The notes beneath the pieces were generated by a model. The model was not told where the DNA came from and made no database searches. It was given only the letters and a program-made list of their open reading frames with translations. From the IMG/VR virus record IMGVR_UViG_3300021399_000130, positions 26,592 through 90,591 of that record: 64,000 bases of DNA; one strand, 5' to 3'. Positions 1 to 10,173 of the stretch are shown here, piece after piece (the stretch's first letter is position 1; each line of letters starts with the position of its first letter). Origin of the DNA: a virus. Its lineage: Duplodnaviria > Caudoviricetes. Both the position numbers and the translations under genes were made by a program.

Positions 1-509
1 GCGGTAACTGAATATGAGCAGTTATCCTTTGTTGCAGTACCACCTTCGGCTGGGATATCAACCTCCCATGTAAGGTCATCGATGGTTATTGCTGTGAGTG
101 TGGGTACGAATGCCTCCTGGAAAACTATGATGCTCTTGCTCGCCTCAAACTCATCGTATGTCGCGGTAAGTGTAAGTGTGCCCGCCGAATGCCTCTCTTC
201 AATCTGGGAAGCTGCAATGACAAGCGACCCGGTAACTGTCGCCTCATCTGTAATGTCCTTTTCTGTATAATCGTCATAAATGGCAAGGACGGTATATTCA
301 CAGTCATTTTTATCCACTGTTTTTCCGCTTGCAGGGACATCATTCTTCATAGCTAATCCAACTATCTCTATATTAAGTAGTTGTGCCTTGTTGAACGCGA
401 CCTCCTTTGTCTCTTCTACATAAGACACCCAAGGCTCTACATATTCCCCACCAGTATATGCGGAAATAAATTCATCGTGTGTTTCAAAATCTCTTAAGTA
501 TATTGCCAT
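1..509 (-). CDS. Partial (runs off left edge) putative virion surface protein with Ig-like beta repeats
   Basis: Manually translated open frame from ATG at 509 (MAIYLRDFETHDEFISAYTGGEYVEPWVSY...) to the window edge with no stop; absent from the ORF track. Internal repeat DKNDCEYTVLA / TKDNCSYSVTA. N-terminus resembles the neighbouring LRR genes; late motif at 531-539. Confidence 0.7.
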   Translation of the reverse strand, partial: MAIYLRDFETHDEFISAYTGGEYVEPWVSYVEETKEVAFNKAQLLNIEIVGLAMKNDVPASGKTVDKNDCEYTVLAIYDDYTEKDITDEATVTGSLVIAASQIEERHSAGTLTLTATYDEFEASKSIIVFQEAFVPTLTAITIDDLTWEVDIPAEGGTATKDNCSYSVT

Positions 510-530
510 AATCAATAATATTTTACTGAA

Positions 531-539
531 TATAAATAG
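531..539 (-). promoter_or_regulatory. Late-promoter-like motif (A/C)TATTTATA on the coding strand (first of about 20 copies)
   Basis: TATAAATAG on + upstream of a minus-strand gene. Other copies or close variants at 4042, 12526, 15826, 21123, 27113, 27176, 30830, 33014, 34458, 38308, 43163, 45626, 49379-49396 (both strands), 51423, 51450, 55942, 58523, 61074, always oriented TATTTAT on the downstream gene's sense strand. Confidence 0.75.
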
Positions 540-557
540 TCTCGGTCCGGGATAAAA

Positions 558-596
558 ATAAAAAACCGAAGCAAAATGAAAACACCTTGCTTCGGT
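558..596 (-). terminator. Intrinsic terminator after LRR gene
   Basis: Inverted repeat ACCGAAGCAA (565-574) / TTGCTTCGGT (587-596) followed by a U-tract on the minus strand. Confidence 0.7.
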
Positions 597-622
597 CATT
601 TTTAAACAACATTTTAGTAATA

Positions 623-2689
623 TTATATATTATCTTCTATGGTCCAGTTTTCCGGAATCCCCCTTGGACCACTTCCCCAATCATTCATATTTTTATTTTT
701 AACAAACGTTCCACTGGATGAAACATTATAAGCCCAATTCTCTACGCAATACACACCAGAAATATTCGTTGCAAGGCATTTAATATAATTTAAATTTCTA
801 CAATCCTGAAACATCCACGCATAACAATAATCTACCAATGTACCAGCTGGAAGCTCTGGTGCCGATGTTAGACCGGTACAATTATGGAACATTGTACGAT
901 AACAACTTTCAGCCAGTGTAGTAGCTGGAAGCTCTGGTGCGGTAGTTAAACTTGTACAATACCTGAACATCTCACGATAACAATATGGTGTCAAGCTCAT
1001 TGCCGGCATATTATTCGGTCCTGAAACAAGGTTTGAACACCACCCAAACATATATTCATAGCAATAATCTGTTAAACTTGTTGCGGGTAATATAAGTTTG
1101 GCAGCGGAAGTAATTCCCGTACAATAATAAAATAAACGGCTGAACGTGAAAGCACTTGACAGGACACTAATGTCGGAATATCCTGTACTATTGACAAGCG
1201 ACATTATGTTTCCTTCAACCTCAAACAGTGCGTTGGAACTTCGAAAGCTTGTGTATTCATCGCTGCTGTGTGCATATTGTTCATTATCACCTCTAAACAA
1301 AATAATGTCGCCGGAACTAACCGTGATACTTGCACCATTTACACTCGAAGTAATATTTGTCCAGTTGCCGTTGTTTTTCTTGTACTGAATTGTTTTATTA
1401 ATTGTACTATTTGAACTATTCCAACTTATTGTACCACTAGACAGAACGTTAAATGTAAGACATTTCTCAATAACAGGTCCAAAATCTTCAACTGTCCAAG
1501 AATAAGGTATTCCGTTGGTACCACTAGTCCAATCTGTCATTTTAACATTTTTAACGAATGTTCCGGTAGAAGCAACGCCATTTACCCAATAATTTGTACA
1601 ATCGATTGCAGAAATATCTGTTGCAAGACATTTAATGTAATTTAAATTTGTACAGTTAGAGAACATATTATTATAACAACTCTCTGCCAATGTAGTAGCA
1701 GGAAGTTCAGGTGCTGTAGTTAAACTTGTACAACCTTGGAACATTTGATAATAACAATAATTTACCAATGTAGTAGCAGGAAGTTCTGGTGCTGAAGTTA
1801 AACTTGTACAACCACCGAACATATACCGATAACAACTACTTGCCAATGTGGTAGCTGGAAGTGCTGGGGATTTAGTTAAGCTTGTACAACCCCGGAACAT
1901 ACCCCAATAACAACTACTTGCTAATGTAGTGGCAGGAAGTATAAGATTTTCAGCAGACATTAAACCAGTGCATTGATTGAACAAATTATAAAAAGTATAA
2001 CTCGACACCAATGTAGTTGCTGTAGAAAAGTTTTCACTATCTATAAGCGACATTATATTTCCATCAAGCTCAAACTTCGCTGTCGAACCACTGAAAAAAT
2101 TATAATATAAAGTACTGGTTGCATAAGTTGCATTATTCCCTCTAAACTGAATAATATCACCTGTTGTTACATTGATTGGTAATCCAGCAGTTGTTGAAGT
2201 AATGGTTGTCCATTCGTTATCATTTTTTTTATACTCAACGGAGTTACCATATATACTACCCTGTGATTTCCAATAAATCGTACCAGAAGATATAATATTG
2301 AAAGTCAAAGGTTTTTTGTAATCCAGTTTAACTTTATAATAAAATACAATGGAGGTGTCCTCGGGTATATTTGCGATTATTTTTTCTTCTTTTGCAACAT
2401 ATCCGTCAATATTCTTGGGGGTCACAACAATTTCCTGCTTTACCCCAGATATGTATTTAACCCTCATTGTTTTGCACTCGGCAAGTTGTTCTCCATTTGA
2501 TTTCTCATAATAGATTGTCAAGGTATGGAACTGTACCGTCTTGTCGTGCGGGTTAAAATACATTTTCTTAAGGTCGGCGGTCTTAACGATGCCAGGAACC
2601 ATTGCCTCGACATCATTACCTGTTCCTCCGGCATTTATTTCGTCGGCTTTAAATGACGCATCGTTAGGATATAAACGTAAATATCTCAT
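623..2689 (-). CDS. BspA-like (TpLRR/LRR_5) leucine-rich-repeat virion surface protein with two beta-domain plus LRR modules
   Basis: Repeats of CTSLTxAPELPATTLAxxCYxxMFxx; two copies of the module PLTFNIISSGTI.WK...GD.IQFRG.N; N-terminal MucBP-like segment. ATG at 2689 preferred over TTG at 2695. Confidence 0.85.
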   Translation of the reverse strand: MRYLRLYPNDASFKADEINAGGTGNDVEAMVPGIVKTADLKKMYFNPHDKTVQFHTLTIYYEKSNGEQLAECKTMRVKYISGVKQEIVVTPKNIDGYVAKEEKIIANIPEDTSIVFYYKVKLDYKKPLTFNIISSGTIYWKSQGSIYGNSVEYKKNDNEWTTITSTTAGLPINVTTGDIIQFRGNNATYATSTLYYNFFSGSTAKFELDGNIMSLIDSENFSTATTLVSSYTFYNLFNQCTGLMSAENLILPATTLASSCYWGMFRGCTSLTKSPALPATTLASSCYRYMFGGCTSLTSAPELPATTLVNYCYYQMFQGCTSLTTAPELPATTLAESCYNNMFSNCTNLNYIKCLATDISAIDCTNYWVNGVASTGTFVKNVKMTDWTSGTNGIPYSWTVEDFGPVIEKCLTFNVLSSGTISWNSSNSTINKTIQYKKNNGNWTNITSSVNGASITVSSGDIILFRGDNEQYAHSSDEYTSFRSSNALFEVEGNIMSLVNSTGYSDISVLSSAFTFSRLFYYCTGITSAAKLILPATSLTDYCYEYMFGWCSNLVSGPNNMPAMSLTPYCYREMFRYCTSLTTAPELPATTLAESCYRTMFHNCTGLTSAPELPAGTLVDYCYAWMFQDCRNLNYIKCLATNISGVYCVENWAYNVSSSGTFVKNKNMNDWGSGPRGIPENWTIEDNI

Positions 2690-2721
2690 ATACAATAAAT
2701 TAGTTTCAGTTTATGTTTTTA

Positions 2722-4023
2722 TTAAGCATCTTGCACGGTCCAGTTTGTAGGAATACCATTATTTCCTCTTGTCCAAGATGACATATTTGGATTTTTAACG
2801 AATGTTCCGGTTGAAGAAACACCATCTACCCAATAATCTGTACAATTATATGCAGAAATATCTGTTGCAAGACATTTGATATATTTCAAACTTGTACAAC
2901 CATAGAACATAGTTTCATAACAGTCATCTGCCAATGTTGTTGCAGGTAATTCTGGTGCTGTGGTTAAACTTGTACAATTAGAGAACATACCCCTATAACA
3001 ATCCCACGCTAATGTAGTAGCGGGTAATTTAGGTGCTGTTGTTAAACTTGTACAATCACTGAACATATAGTAATAACAATATCTTGCCAATGTAGTAGCA
3101 GGAAGTTCCGGTGCTGTGGTTAATGATGTACAACGAGAGAACATACCAATATAACAATTAGTTGCCAATGTAGTAGCAGGAAGTTCTGGTGCAGTGGTTA
3201 AACTTCTACAACTATCGAACATACCACAATAACAACCCTGCGTCAATGCAGTAGCAGGAAGCACAAGGTTTTCTGCAGAAGTTAAACCGGTACAGTTATA
3301 GAACAAATTATAAAAAGTATAACTTGATGCCAAAGTAGTCTCTCTAGCAAAGTTAGTACTGTCTATGAGTGACATAATATTACCTTCGGCTTCAAACTTT
3401 GCTGTTGAACCATTGAAAAAATTATAATACGAAGTATCAGTAGCATAAGTTGCATTATCACCTCTAAATTGAACAACGTCACCGGCATTTACAGAAATAC
3501 TTGGTGCAGAAGTTCCGGTTTTTGCCGTAATACTGGTCCAGGTTTTTCCGCTATCTTTGCTATATTCGATTGTTGTTGTATAAGCGGAATTCTGTGCTTT
3601 CCACACAATTGTACCAGCAGAAATAATATTAAATGTCAAAGGCTTTCTGTAATCCAGTTTAACTTTATAATAAAATACAATGGAGGTGTCCTCGGGTATA
3701 TTTGCGATTATTTTTTCTTCCTCTGCAACATATCCATCAATTACCTTTGGATACAAAATTAATTCTTGCGCCACCCCAGATAGATATTTTATTTCAATGG
3801 TTTCACTGTCAGCCAATTCTGTATCATCATACATAGATACATATTTTACAGTTAGCGTATGCGTTAATTTAGTCTCGTCGTGGGGGTTAAAATATGTCTT
3901 GCCGAGGTCCCATGTGCCTGATACCCCCGGAATACTTGTCTTAGTGCTGTTTCCGTCACCGCCGGCCCCTTGTTCATATGCCTTGAAAGCAGCATCTGTC
4001 TCATAGAAACGAATATTTCTCAT
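2722..4023 (-). CDS. BspA-like LRR virion surface protein (single module)
   Basis: 433 aa with five ATTL..CY..MF..C-type repeats; paralog of 623..2689; late motif upstream at 4042. Confidence 0.85.
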   Translation of the reverse strand: MRNIRFYETDAAFKAYEQGAGGDGNSTKTSIPGVSGTWDLGKTYFNPHDETKLTHTLTVKYVSMYDDTELADSETIEIKYLSGVAQELILYPKVIDGYVAEEEKIIANIPEDTSIVFYYKVKLDYRKPLTFNIISAGTIVWKAQNSAYTTTIEYSKDSGKTWTSITAKTGTSAPSISVNAGDVVQFRGDNATYATDTSYYNFFNGSTAKFEAEGNIMSLIDSTNFARETTLASSYTFYNLFYNCTGLTSAENLVLPATALTQGCYCGMFDSCRSLTTAPELPATTLATNCYIGMFSRCTSLTTAPELPATTLARYCYYYMFSDCTSLTTAPKLPATTLAWDCYRGMFSNCTSLTTAPELPATTLADDCYETMFYGCTSLKYIKCLATDISAYNCTDYWVDGVSSTGTFVKNPNMSSWTRGNNGIPTNWTVQDA

Positions 4024-4058
4024 TTTATCACAATATTTTTCTATAAATAGTTAAAGTT

Positions 4059-4074
4059 TGGCATACTTTTTGTA
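4059..4074 (+). promoter_or_regulatory. Sigma54-like (-24/-12) promoter motif
   Basis: TGGCATACTTTTTGTA; related copies at 34726, 38251, 38467, 39855. Confidence 0.45.
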
Positions 4075-4102
4075 TATTAGTAAGGAAAACACTAAAGATA
4101 TT

Positions 4103-4411
4103 ATGAAAGATTACATTTACCTGGTTCTCACCAAGGGCTCAGACGGAAGATTCAGTACAACAGCCCACAAGACGTTTGAAGATGCACAGAAAACGCTCGA
4201 AATGTACATAGATGCCCAGAAAGACCTAGAGGCACTGGATGGAAACATATACATCGACAGGCATAAGCTTGAAAGACTCAGGTTGCCGGAATTCACTATG
4301 AAGGATGACGACATACTGGAGCAGGTAACAATCCATACAATGCCGACCATAGCCGGAAAGACGGTAAAATGTGTTACAGACAGATACATTATCAGGGTGG
4401 CAATCAATTAA
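4103..4411 (+). CDS. Hypothetical protein
   Basis: ORF 4058..4411; ATG at 4103 (MKDYIYLV) follows an AT-rich leader and the promoter motif. Confidence 0.65.
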   Translation: MKDYIYLVLTKGSDGRFSTTAHKTFEDAQKTLEMYIDAQKDLEALDGNIYIDRHKLERLRLPEFTMKDDDILEQVTIHTMPTIAGKTVKCVTDRYIIRVAIN

Positions 4412-4422
4412 ATACAGACACA

Positions 4423-5109
4423 ATGAGAGAAACATTACAGGAAAAATACTCCAAACTTCGTCAGAGGGAAAAAGAAATGTACAAAGAAATCGCGATTAAA
4501 CTTTTCCCTGGGGTGGAAGAACTTGTCGGTAAGAAATTATACAAGTCCTACTCTTGCCCGAGGTGCCCGAAAGAAGAACTGGAAGAATGGACGATTACCG
4601 GATTTGGGTCCGTTGGGAAAAACCGGCACGAACTTGCTGATTACCTTGGCGGTTACTCATTCCCGTATGGCAAAAAGGTTACAAAGGTGCTCGTTGGCGA
4701 AGCGGAGGAATATATCAAAAAATATGAGAGTGCCCCGTTGGATATGTTTAACGTAATTTTACACGTTGAAAAATACACTACGTACTCAGACGGAACAACC
4801 GCAAAATCTACAACAGCAGAAACATTTGACATCGAGACGGGTTTTACTGATAATGTTTCGTTGAATAAGGAGGATTTCAAGGAAAAGATTGAGAAGGACA
4901 AGGAAGAGTACGAGAAATACTACGCACCGAGGGAAGGGTATGTTGCCTGCGAAAGGTGCGGAAAACAAGTGCCTGAGAATGAAGTAGTTAAATACAAACT
5001 GATTTATCAGGCGTGGGACAATTATCGCGGAAAATATGTCACCAGCAGGATTGGTACATTTTGTTCCGGTGAATGTGCAATGAATGAACAAATGGCTTTA
5101 GAAGGATAA
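4423..5109 (+). CDS. Hypothetical protein with C-terminal Cys motif (zinc ribbon)
   Basis: CERCGK...FCSGEC; start at MRETLQ within ORF 4369..5109. Confidence 0.7.
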   Translation: MRETLQEKYSKLRQREKEMYKEIAIKLFPGVEELVGKKLYKSYSCPRCPKEELEEWTITGFGSVGKNRHELADYLGGYSFPYGKKVTKVLVGEAEEYIKKYESAPLDMFNVILHVEKYTTYSDGTTAKSTTAETFDIETGFTDNVSLNKEDFKEKIEKDKEEYEKYYAPREGYVACERCGKQVPENEVVKYKLIYQAWDNYRGKYVTSRIGTFCSGECAMNEQMALEG

Positions 5110-5112
5110 ATT

Positions 5113-6144
5113 ATGATTAAAAGCATTAAATTCCCCAAGGAGGGTGCTGGATATCTATATACGAAGCCGGAAAAGCCAGGTAAGGCACCGGACAAGAAGG
5201 ATTTCAGCTATAGGGGTTATAACACCAACACCCATGAACCGGAATTCAAGCAGGAAAAGTATGACCGGGACTACAAGGAGTGGGAGGCTGACAAGAAATT
5301 TTATGACGAAAACAAGGGTAAGTTCATAAATCCAGCCGCCCCGGTACTTATGGGGAAGACCTTTAACTTCGAACCAGGCAAACTGAACATCATATTCGGT
5401 CCAAACGGGTGCGGAAAAACCACAATCCTCAAAGCCATTGCAGGAACCGCCGGAATTGTGGGGGATGGTATGACACGCCCAGAAGACCCACTCGATGTTT
5501 TTGGCTGGGACAATGACAAAGAAAGTATTGAAGCCGTAGCTAAACGCATCGAAGAGCTTAAGCAGAACAGCTGTGAAGTTGAATGGGACGGAAATGTCGT
5601 TTATTATGACAACTTCGCCCACACATTTAACTTTGGCAACGGCTTCATTGGCGGACTTGAAGGGACCGCTCTAGGTAGTTTTTCAGACGAGCTTACTTTT
5701 AGAATTGCAGGAAGTAAGACCAATGCCGGTAGAAGGGCTATGTGGATGCTCGGGAATGTTCTTGAATATCAGAAAATTGGACTGACCATAAAGAAAATAT
5801 TTGAACCTTTTTTGAAAAACAAGAGGCAGAACGATACGTGGTATAAGTCCTACAAGACTCAGGACGAGTATTTCCAGCAATTTGAGAATTACGACAAGGA
5901 AGTGCCGATGACAATACTGTTTGATGAGCCGGAGGTTAATTTTGACATCACGACAGTATGGAATCTATATCACAACGCGTTCCCGACAATTTGTGAAAAA
6001 ATGGGGACACAGATTATAACAGTATCGCACTCTCCAATCGTAATGTGTGAGGAAATCATCAACAATGAGCGAATCAACCTTATTTCGCTTGATGAAAGTT
6101 ACACGAAGTCCGTAAAGGGGTTGCTACAGACAATGCAATTTTAA
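5113..6144 (+). CDS. ABC/AAA-type ATPase
   Basis: Walker A GPNGCGKTT, Walker B LFDEPE, H-loop VSHS. Confidence 0.8.
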   Translation: MIKSIKFPKEGAGYLYTKPEKPGKAPDKKDFSYRGYNTNTHEPEFKQEKYDRDYKEWEADKKFYDENKGKFINPAAPVLMGKTFNFEPGKLNIIFGPNGCGKTTILKAIAGTAGIVGDGMTRPEDPLDVFGWDNDKESIEAVAKRIEELKQNSCEVEWDGNVVYYDNFAHTFNFGNGFIGGLEGTALGSFSDELTFRIAGSKTNAGRRAMWMLGNVLEYQKIGLTIKKIFEPFLKNKRQNDTWYKSYKTQDEYFQQFENYDKEVPMTILFDEPEVNFDITTVWNLYHNAFPTICEKMGTQIITVSHSPIVMCEEIINNERINLISLDESYTKSVKGLLQTMQF

Positions 6145-6200
6145 TATTTGATATTTCGGTTATTTTTCGGTATATTACTGAAGAATAACCGATTTATATT

Positions 6201-6803
6201 ATGAGAATAGAACCAATGGAAGGACTGGAAGACGTCCTGCTTATACACCCCGACCTGCATGAGGATGAGCGGGGTTATTTCTATGAAGTATTCAACGAAA
6301 AGGAATTCAACGAGAAAACGGGAGGCAAGTATGACTTTCACGCACTCCAGGAAAACGAAAGCAAGTCCTGCAAGGGTGTGTTCAGGGGGCTCCATTTTCA
6401 AAAACCACCTTATGAGCAAGCGAAACTTGTGAGAGTATTAAAAGGACACGTTGTTGATTTTGCTGTTGATATAAGAAAAGACAGCCCAACTTTCGGAAAA
6501 TGTACATGTGCTAAACTTACCGGAGAAAACAAATTGCAATTTTTTATACCGAGGGGTTTTGCCCATGGATTTTATGTCTTTTCCGATGAAGCGATTTTTG
6601 AATATAAGTGCGACAACTACTACAACAAAGAAAGTGAAGGAGGAATTAGATGGGACGACAAAGATATTTTACTTCTTCCATATTACAATACGGTTGGAAA
6701 ATTTACTCTGTCCATAAAAGATATGTTTGATGCCCTTCATTATTCCCCAATAATTCTCTCCGAAAAGGACAAGAACAGAATAACTACGCTAAAAGACTTA
6801 TAA
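6201..6803 (+). CDS. rmlC: dTDP-4-dehydrorhamnose 3,5-epimerase
   Basis: DERGYF.E, QENES.S.KGVFRGLHFQKPPYEQAKLVRV, DIRKDSPTFG, FIPRGFAHGF, YKCDNYY, GIRWDD. Confidence 0.93.
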   Translation: MRIEPMEGLEDVLLIHPDLHEDERGYFYEVFNEKEFNEKTGGKYDFHALQENESKSCKGVFRGLHFQKPPYEQAKLVRVLKGHVVDFAVDIRKDSPTFGKCTCAKLTGENKLQFFIPRGFAHGFYVFSDEAIFEYKCDNYYNKESEGGIRWDDKDILLLPYYNTVGKFTLSIKDMFDALHYSPIILSEKDKNRITTLKDL

Positions 6804-6804
6804 T

Positions 6805-7245
6805 ATGTTTTTACAAGAAAAAATAAGTGATAAACTAATCCAGGAAAGATACGAAGGTTCCCTGGTAAAAACAACCCCGAAAGAACTGATAGAATGTTAT
6901 CCCGTCTTTAAGGATTTTTTCACACACATAAACCGCTGGAATAATAAAACCCTATGTCTTAAGTTTGCCAAAAATGGCGAACACGACATCAAGGACCGTT
7001 ACAGAATACTGATTTTTAGTGAAAAACACTCATACGCAATAGATGTTGTACAAGATGATAAGCACGAAAACCCATACATTGGCTGTGTAAGCAGTTGTGA
7101 ATATAGGCTGCCGCTTGAAACCTGGAACAGAGGAAGCGACCTTACAGATGGGTATAATGGGGAGAAAACCATTATGTCAATACTTTTAGATATTGTTCAA
7201 ACCGAGATGATTGGGCTTGAAGTTGAAGGATATAATAAAAAATAG
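6805..7245 (+). CDS. Hypothetical protein
   Basis: 146-aa ORF tightly packed between rmlC and rmlD. Confidence 0.7.
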   Translation: MFLQEKISDKLIQERYEGSLVKTTPKELIECYPVFKDFFTHINRWNNKTLCLKFAKNGEHDIKDRYRILIFSEKHSYAIDVVQDDKHENPYIGCVSSCEYRLPLETWNRGSDLTDGYNGEKTIMSILLDIVQTEMIGLEVEGYNKK

Positions 7246-7256
7246 TTTATAAGCAT

Positions 7257-8177
7257 ATGAACATACTTGTAACAGGGGCAAACGGTCAGTTAGGTAGGTG
7301 TATCCGTGACCGTGTAAAATTACTTAAAAACACCGACAATACATATATCTTTACCGACGTTGTTGAAGATGAAAACACCGAGTTTCTCGACATAATTGAC
7401 GATGACGATGTGAAAAAGTTCGTAAGGGACCGATTTATAAACGTAATAATCAACTGTGCGGCATATACTAACGTAGATAAAGCTGAGACCGATTATGAAA
7501 CGGCGGAGGCTCTCAACGCAATCGCACCCAGGACGCTTGCAGAAGCCGCATTATCAGTTGGGGCTAAACTTATCCACATTTCTACGGACTATGTCTTTAA
7601 TGGTCAGAGCTTCTTGCCATACACTGAAGACAGAATGACGCTCCCCGTATCAGTTTATGGGAAGACAAAGAGAATGGGTGAGGAATTTATCATAAAAAGC
7701 GGCTGTCAGTATCTTATTTTTAGAACCGCTTGGCTTTACAGTAAGTATGGCAATAACTTCGTAAAGACAATGCGGAGTCTTTTTGGGAAGAAAGACGAGA
7801 TTAATGTTGTTAATGACCAAATTGGAACACCTACATATGCCGGCAACCTCGCTGAACTCATCGTCAATATCATAGAATGCAGGACACCGCTTGAAGGAAA
7901 GGATATAATCCCGCTACTTGAAAACGGTATCTATCACTTTACGGACGAGGGTGTATGCAGCTGGTACGATTTTGCTAAGTATATTTACGAAATATGGTCA
8001 AGTAAGGTTCTTGGTCTCGCAAAAATAAATGGAGTTACAACAAAGGAATATGGTTCAAAGACAAAACGTCCATATTACTCCGTGTTGGATAAGACAAAAT
8101 ATAAGACCGACTTCAAAGGCCTTTATATACCGAAACATTGGCACTATGGCGTACGACAGGTGTTAGACTTAGACTAA
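7257..8177 (+). CDS. rmlD: dTDP-4-dehydrorhamnose reductase
   Basis: GANGQLG, NCAAYTNVDKAE, HISTDYVF.G, P.SVYGKTK..GE, RTAWLYS.YGNNFVKTM, DQIGTPTYA, RPYYSVLD. Confidence 0.93.
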   Translation: MNILVTGANGQLGRCIRDRVKLLKNTDNTYIFTDVVEDENTEFLDIIDDDDVKKFVRDRFINVIINCAAYTNVDKAETDYETAEALNAIAPRTLAEAALSVGAKLIHISTDYVFNGQSFLPYTEDRMTLPVSVYGKTKRMGEEFIIKSGCQYLIFRTAWLYSKYGNNFVKTMRSLFGKKDEINVVNDQIGTPTYAGNLAELIVNIIECRTPLEGKDIIPLLENGIYHFTDEGVCSWYDFAKYIYEIWSSKVLGLAKINGVTTKEYGSKTKRPYYSVLDKTKYKTDFKGLYIPKHWHYGVRQVLDLD

Positions 8178-8204
8178 GAATAAAGAAGGAAAAACGAATA
8201 AAAA

Positions 8205-8831
8205 ATGAGTAAGATTTATAATGAACAAATACCGGTAGGTAAAAAAATAAATGGTGTTACGGTAGTAAAACCTCAAACCGAACTTAAAGATATCTGTAAT
8301 GAAGGTCAAATTTTCGACGGACCTGAAAGTAACAAGAAGGATTTGACACTCGGGCAGCGAATCTTAAAGGAATATGCGGAAGATAAAGTTCGAACAGATA
8401 TGAGGTATAAGATGCAGCACGCTTTTGTGACAGAAGATGAAGAAGATAAGATTGCGGAAAAATTATGGGAAACAAGGAATAAGGACTTAGATAACGAGCC
8501 AGACGCCGATGACGTTGGTGACAAGCCCAAAAAATGCGACTATGAAGCCCAGACGGTTAAAAATGCAAAACCACGCTCTTTTAACAATATCTGTCAGGAA
8601 ATTGCAAAGCTCCACGAAAAGAAGAATAATGACTATGGCAATGCTGCAGATGCTTCATATAGGGAATTCGGCATTGTGAGCTATGTAATCAGACTTAACG
8701 ATAAAATGAACCGGTTGAAAACGCTCACTAAACCAGGAGCAAAGCAGTTAATAAAGTGCGAGAGCATTGAAGATACCCTTATGGACCTTGCCGCCTACGC
8801 AATTATGGCAATCGAATCATTAAGAAACTAA
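8205..8831 (+). CDS. Protein with C-terminal nucleotide-modification-associated domain (DUF1599/Nmad1-like)
   Basis: C-terminal KKNNDYGNA...RLNDKMNRL...ESIEDTLMDLAAYAIM pattern typical of this helical phage family. Confidence 0.65.
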   Translation: MSKIYNEQIPVGKKINGVTVVKPQTELKDICNEGQIFDGPESNKKDLTLGQRILKEYAEDKVRTDMRYKMQHAFVTEDEEDKIAEKLWETRNKDLDNEPDADDVGDKPKKCDYEAQTVKNAKPRSFNNICQEIAKLHEKKNNDYGNAADASYREFGIVSYVIRLNDKMNRLKTLTKPGAKQLIKCESIEDTLMDLAAYAIMAIESLRN

Positions 8832-8850
8832 AAAAAATTAAAGACCACCA

Positions 8851-9228
8851 TTATTTGGAGGTCTTTTTCTTATGTTTTTCCATTACGATTCCCAGAACCT
8901 TGGCTTCATCATATAACGAGTAATCTTTCTTACCCTTTCTCAGTTCCTTCATTGTCTCACACATTTCATCATAAATCTCGCCCGGGTTATACTTCCCCTT
9001 GAACGAATTATCCTTTGTGAGCATCTCCGTAATCACATATACATCTATACAGAACTGCTCATTAAACGGCGGACCCTCCTTTCTTTTCTTTGCCTCCCAC
9101 TTTTCCGCAAGCTCAAATCTTTCGCTAAGAACATCAAGTTTGTCATCCGGAAAATCTTTTTGAAGCATCCATCGCCCTCTGAACAATTCGACTTTATTTT
9201 CTATTTCTTTCTTTGTCTCTTTTGCCAT
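8851..9228 (-). CDS. Hypothetical protein
   Basis: 125-aa ORF with ATG, convergent on the upstream gene. Confidence 0.6.
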   Translation of the reverse strand: MAKETKKEIENKVELFRGRWMLQKDFPDDKLDVLSERFELAEKWEAKKRKEGPPFNEQFCIDVYVITEMLTKDNSFKGKYNPGEIYDEMCETMKELRKGKKDYSLYDEAKVLGIVMEKHKKKTSK

Positions 9229-9311
9229 TTTTAAAAGTATTACGTAATATTATAAAGGAAAATTATTGATTAAACAATGATTTTTTTGTATAATGTAGAA
9301 AAAGGAACGTT

Positions 9312-9827
9312 ATGGCAACAAAGAAGATTACATTGACAGACGAGCATATTCGCTTGATACAGAATATAAATTTTCACGCATTTGAATTCGGTGAGGAACT
9401 GCCAATAGAACCCATTATCGAGGCAATGGAAGAGATTGATGTAATGCCGCCGGAAAGACGCAAGAAGTTTTCCAGGCTCCACAGCAAACTTTTCGACGTA
9501 AGAAACCGAATCAACGAATACAATGACGAAGCATCACAGAATGGCTGGGGGATTAATCAGTGGAATATGTTCGGCGGCACCTTTGTTATGGAAGATGTGG
9601 CGCTCATTACGGGGCATTACGGGGAAGAAATCGATGATGGGGCCTCTGGTAAGGTATATCCTAAGGAACTGGAAGACCATATGTGGGAACTATACCTATA
9701 CATCACCAACAATATGGAATACATTATGAGACTTGTTCTCTGGTCAATTTCAAACGGCGGACTAACAGCTGGAACGTACAAGACAACTGATAAGGGAATA
9801 AGCTGGACCAAAGTCGATGCTGAATAA
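9312..9827 (+). CDS. Hypothetical protein
   Basis: 171-aa ORF followed by a terminator. Confidence 0.7.
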   Translation: MATKKITLTDEHIRLIQNINFHAFEFGEELPIEPIIEAMEEIDVMPPERRKKFSRLHSKLFDVRNRINEYNDEASQNGWGINQWNMFGGTFVMEDVALITGHYGEEIDDGASGKVYPKELEDHMWELYLYITNNMEYIMRLVLWSISNGGLTAGTYKTTDKGISWTKVDAE

Positions 9828-9828
9828 A

Positions 9829-9864
9829 AAACGGACTCACTTGATTGTGGGCCCGTTTCTTTTT
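9829..9864. terminator. Bidirectional intrinsic terminator
   Basis: AAACGGACTCAC / GTGGGCCCGTTT stem with flanking A and T tracts between convergent genes. Confidence 0.7.
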
Positions 9865-10157
9865 TAATATTCTCCGGAATCAATTGCTGCGTCATCAATA
9901 TCGAGCGGAGTTTCGTCCTTGAAATTAACAACCAATTCCTTTATACGCTTGTCAATATATTCCTTGACTTTATATTCTGGGATAAAAGTAACAATCTCAT
10001 CATTATCGTTACGGATTGCGATGGTTTCAATGCCATCACCGTAGTTTATTGCAATCTCGCCATACTCAAGCTGCTCGCTGGTGGGGAGTTTTGGTGATAC
10101 CCCATCCTCCCCACGTTGTTTGCTCTTTATATGAATCAGTTTCCAATTCTTAGCCAT
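9864..10157 (-). CDS. Small fibre/appendage adaptor-like protein (Mtd N-terminal-like motif)
   Basis: PKLPTSEQLEYGEIAINY matches the P....L..GE(I/L)A(I/V)N adaptor motif of phage fibre N-termini; co-oriented with the LRR gene. Confidence 0.55.
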   Translation of the reverse strand: MAKNWKLIHIKSKQRGEDGVSPKLPTSEQLEYGEIAINYGDGIETIAIRNDNDEIVTFIPEYKVKEYIDKRIKELVVNFKDETPLDIDDAAIDSGEY

Positions 10158-10173
10158 AATAGTTCGTTAGTTT

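Noticed and set aside
565-602. Possible pseudoknot or antiterminator at the LRR terminator (AAAATGA/TCATTTT)
   Set aside because: The pairing is A/T-only, overlaps the stem and is expected by chance in AT-rich DNA.
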